Origin: a virus
Length of the DNA: 24,848 bases
Virus record (IMG/VR): IMGVR_UViG_3300022752_000043
Direction: 5' to 3' (one strand)
Part shown: piece by piece, positions 22,701 to 24,848 of the stretch
How positions within the stretch are numbered: the stretch's first letter is position 1
How the letters are laid out: each line of letters starts with the position of its first letter
Notes under the pieces: model-generated
Told to the model about the DNA's origin: nothing
The model's database searches: none
The model's input: only the letters and a program-made list of their open reading frames with translations
Made by a program: the position numbers and the translations under genes

Positions 22701-24848
22701 GTCACCAGCTGTTATGCCAGCTGTCAAAACATCGATGCTATCTAAAACTTTTTGTCTAACGGTATACTCAACTATGTTTCCAACTGATGTAGTGATTACA
22801 GAATCTAGACTTCTTCCATAGCTAGCTGATTCATTAATATCAATTCCAAAATTAGCCAAAAGGTTTGCCCAAGTTGATCTCGAAGTGTCACTAAGAAGTT
22901 CCATTTCCGGATTTTTAAATCCATACAAATCTGGAGTAAATATTTTTGTTTGCGTTTCTTGAGGAACATAGAATGTTATGTTGCTTCCGTTGGTCCATTC
23001 CCTAATAACATTGGTGGTAAATACTTCGTTTTTATAGCCCAAAAGACCTTCTGAATCAGAAGAGCCATCTTGCTGGTTTTGACCATCTCTATCTGATGAC
23101 CACTGTTTATCTAAAGCTTTTTGAACTGGATCACTAATACCTTGGTCATCTTGAACCATTAAGAATTCTTCATTTATATAATTATGAAGGGCGCCAGCTG
23201 CTTTACCCATATACTGTCTAAACTTACCCCAGTGAACTGCTTGATTAAAATCATTGATCATTGGAAGGAATGGTTTGTGGTTGAAGTTATACAGATTTAA
23301 ATTAACAACAAGAGCAAACGGATAATTCGGTATTGTTGATATTGACATACTGTGTAATGCCACACCAGTAATTCCATACACTGAGTTTAGATATTGATTT
23401 CTTATTGGCAAAAATGGAGCGTACTTAAACGCTGCAACAAGTCCTCTCAATGATGAAAGAAACTTATCTATTTTTTCATCGTTGTCACCCTCGCCACTAA
23501 AATCAATTGTAAAATTATCCTTAAGCCTTATCTTAGAAGCTTCATCTATGGAAATGCCCCAGATTTCTTCATAGTTCGGAAAAAACAATTGCATTGATAT
23601 AGTCGTATGTTTGTAGCCGGCGTTAAACTTTGGCGTGTTTTTTTGACGCAGAGCCCCTTCGCCCAAGCTACTTACCTTAAATTGAGTTTGAACATCTATG
23701 TTAATAGGCGGAACATAAAAGTTAGACGCACCTAATCTTAAATGAAATATGTCTGGAGATGCTGGAGGAATGTTTTGCCTAAAAGGAAACTCTCTTAAAG
23801 CCTTTTCTATTCTCTTGCCAGTATTTATAAGATCCCAAGCGCCCTCAAATACATTTACACCATTTACTTGACCAAAAGCGGTCATTAAATCATTTAATAT
23901 TTCTTGCGGATCATTTAATCTATCTTCCGAGCCACCACCTTTTCCGTCATTTGAATAATCAGCGGTTAGCGCGAGGGAGTTAAAGAAAAACGCTGCTAGA
24001 TCAGGAAAATAATTATATATACTTGCAAGTAGAATTGGATCCCTAGATAGATTTATAAGAGCATTACTTAGAGCAGTAAGCCATATGGTATCCCTTGCGC
24101 CATCCAAAACACTAAGAGAAGAAGCGCTTGCTTTGACTTTCGCTACATTAGCAAATCTCTTTCTACCATATGTTCTTATCGCATCAACGTGAATTAATAA
24201 GTCAAATATGCCAGAAGAATCCATTTTATTAAACAGACTCTTTGAAAGATTTTCATCTCTGATAAGATCTTTTATCTTATCATAATTTGGAGCTAAGGCA
24301 GATACGAATAATCTATACGTATCACCGAGTTTGATCGGCGTATTTTGCCGGGTTTAATAAACTATTTCTTTCTATTACATTTAAGATAAGAGTCGCTGTT
24401 GAGTCACCAGCAGGGCCGGTCATACCACCATGGCTTAAAAATTCTCGCAAGGCTTCAAGCCTCTCAGAATCAGGCATTACATCAACAGGCAGATCTGCAT
24501 CTGCGGGTGGCGGCTCCTCAGTATCAATGGGGGGAGCTTGTTTCGATAAGTCAAACGTGCTTAGTCTGCTAATTACGGCGTCTGTAAAAGTTAGAACGAC
24601 CTGCTGGGCTCCGTTGTAAGGAGAGCCAAATATACTATTAACATTATCAAAATCTTCATAATATTTTTTCCATGCGTTATTAAAAACTGGATCATCAATT
24701 GAAACATTTGACTTGGGATCCGGTAGAGAGTTATCAAAATGTTTCTTTAAATACTCCCTAATATGAACGTCTGTTACAGAGTCAACACTATAATCAAAAG
24801 CCTGTACCGATTTTTCAATTAGTTTTTTTCTTAATGAAACCCAAATTA
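13792..24848 (-). CDS. Giant baseplate hub-like tail protein (T4 gp27/P2 gpD-like elements) with a C-terminal thermonuclease-like domain; >3,680 aa through three +1 shifts (CGG at 24325, 20082, 16703); starts beyond the right edge
   Basis: The frame is open from 24846 to ACT CGG TGA. Junctions ACT C|GGT GAT, TTT C|GGA ATT AGA CAC and CAA C|GGC GGT TTA connect the 1382-, 1127- and 931-aa ORFs. Hub-like motifs: VRVHLRVGYGSNPNSLQTVFNGVITEVE and GELIVLGSADIRPHDLVYL..GIFEVEQVVHHFTP. Confidence 0.75.
16702..16705 (-). other. +1 recoding site 8 (CGGC; tandem CGG CGG in the 0-frame)
   Basis: TTA GAT CAA C|GGC GGT TTA ATA AAT TAC; continues into the 931-aa ORF. Confidence 0.75.
20081..20084 (-). other. 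+1 recoding site 9 (CGGA)
   Basis: AAT AAA TTT C|GGA ATT AGA CAC TTT GGC ATG ATG; the 0-frame reads CGG AAT TAG. Confidence 0.8.
24324..24327 (-). other. +1 recoding site 10 (CGGT)
   Basis: GAT CAA ACT C|GGT GAT ACG TAT AGA; the 0-frame reads CGG TGA. Confidence 0.8.

Noticed and set aside
521-24830. Homopolymer sequencing errors as the source of the shifts
   Set aside because: The long A/T runs I checked (524-531, 16639-16644, 24823-24829) keep frame, and the breaks are not in homopolymers. A non-homopolymer systematic error remains possible and needs reads.
1-24848. Stop-codon reassignment (code 15 or code 4) as the cause of fragmentation
   Set aside because: Fragments are in different frames, so read-through cannot join them. 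TAA, TAG (7225) and TGA (13792) all end genes at tight gene boundaries.
1-24848. Decayed prophage or pseudogenes
   Set aside because: There are no in-frame nonsense mutations, no -1 shifts and no deletions. All ten lesions are the same type and catalytic motifs are intact.
1-24848. tRNA, CRISPR array, terminator or mobile element
   Set aside because: After correction intergenic gaps are at most about 13 nt, leaving no room, and I saw no repeat arrays. Any recoding tRNA must lie outside this window.

Overview
The window is an AT-rich, densely coding minus-strand operon from the tail/baseplate module of a large contractile-tailed (myovirus-type) bacteriophage. It encodes a giant baseplate-hub-like protein, a three-domain tail lysin, spike-like proteins, a gp25-like wedge, a baseplate J protein, a metallophosphoesterase and two large structural proteins. 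The ORF track breaks five of these genes into pieces. Reading the junctions by hand shows that all 10 breaks have the same signature: an in-frame CGG codon at which skipping one base (C|GGN) restores a long open frame into the next fragment. My manual scan found no CGG read in frame anywhere else in about 8,200 reconstructed codons. This points to a CGG-triggered +1 recoding system (four-base CGGN codon, out-of-frame Gly-tRNA pairing, or C-deletion editing). A systematic sequencing error cannot be excluded without raw reads. After correction the window holds 9 genes, including one of >3,680 aa and one of about 1,562 aa carrying 27 [A/S]-T-P motifs.
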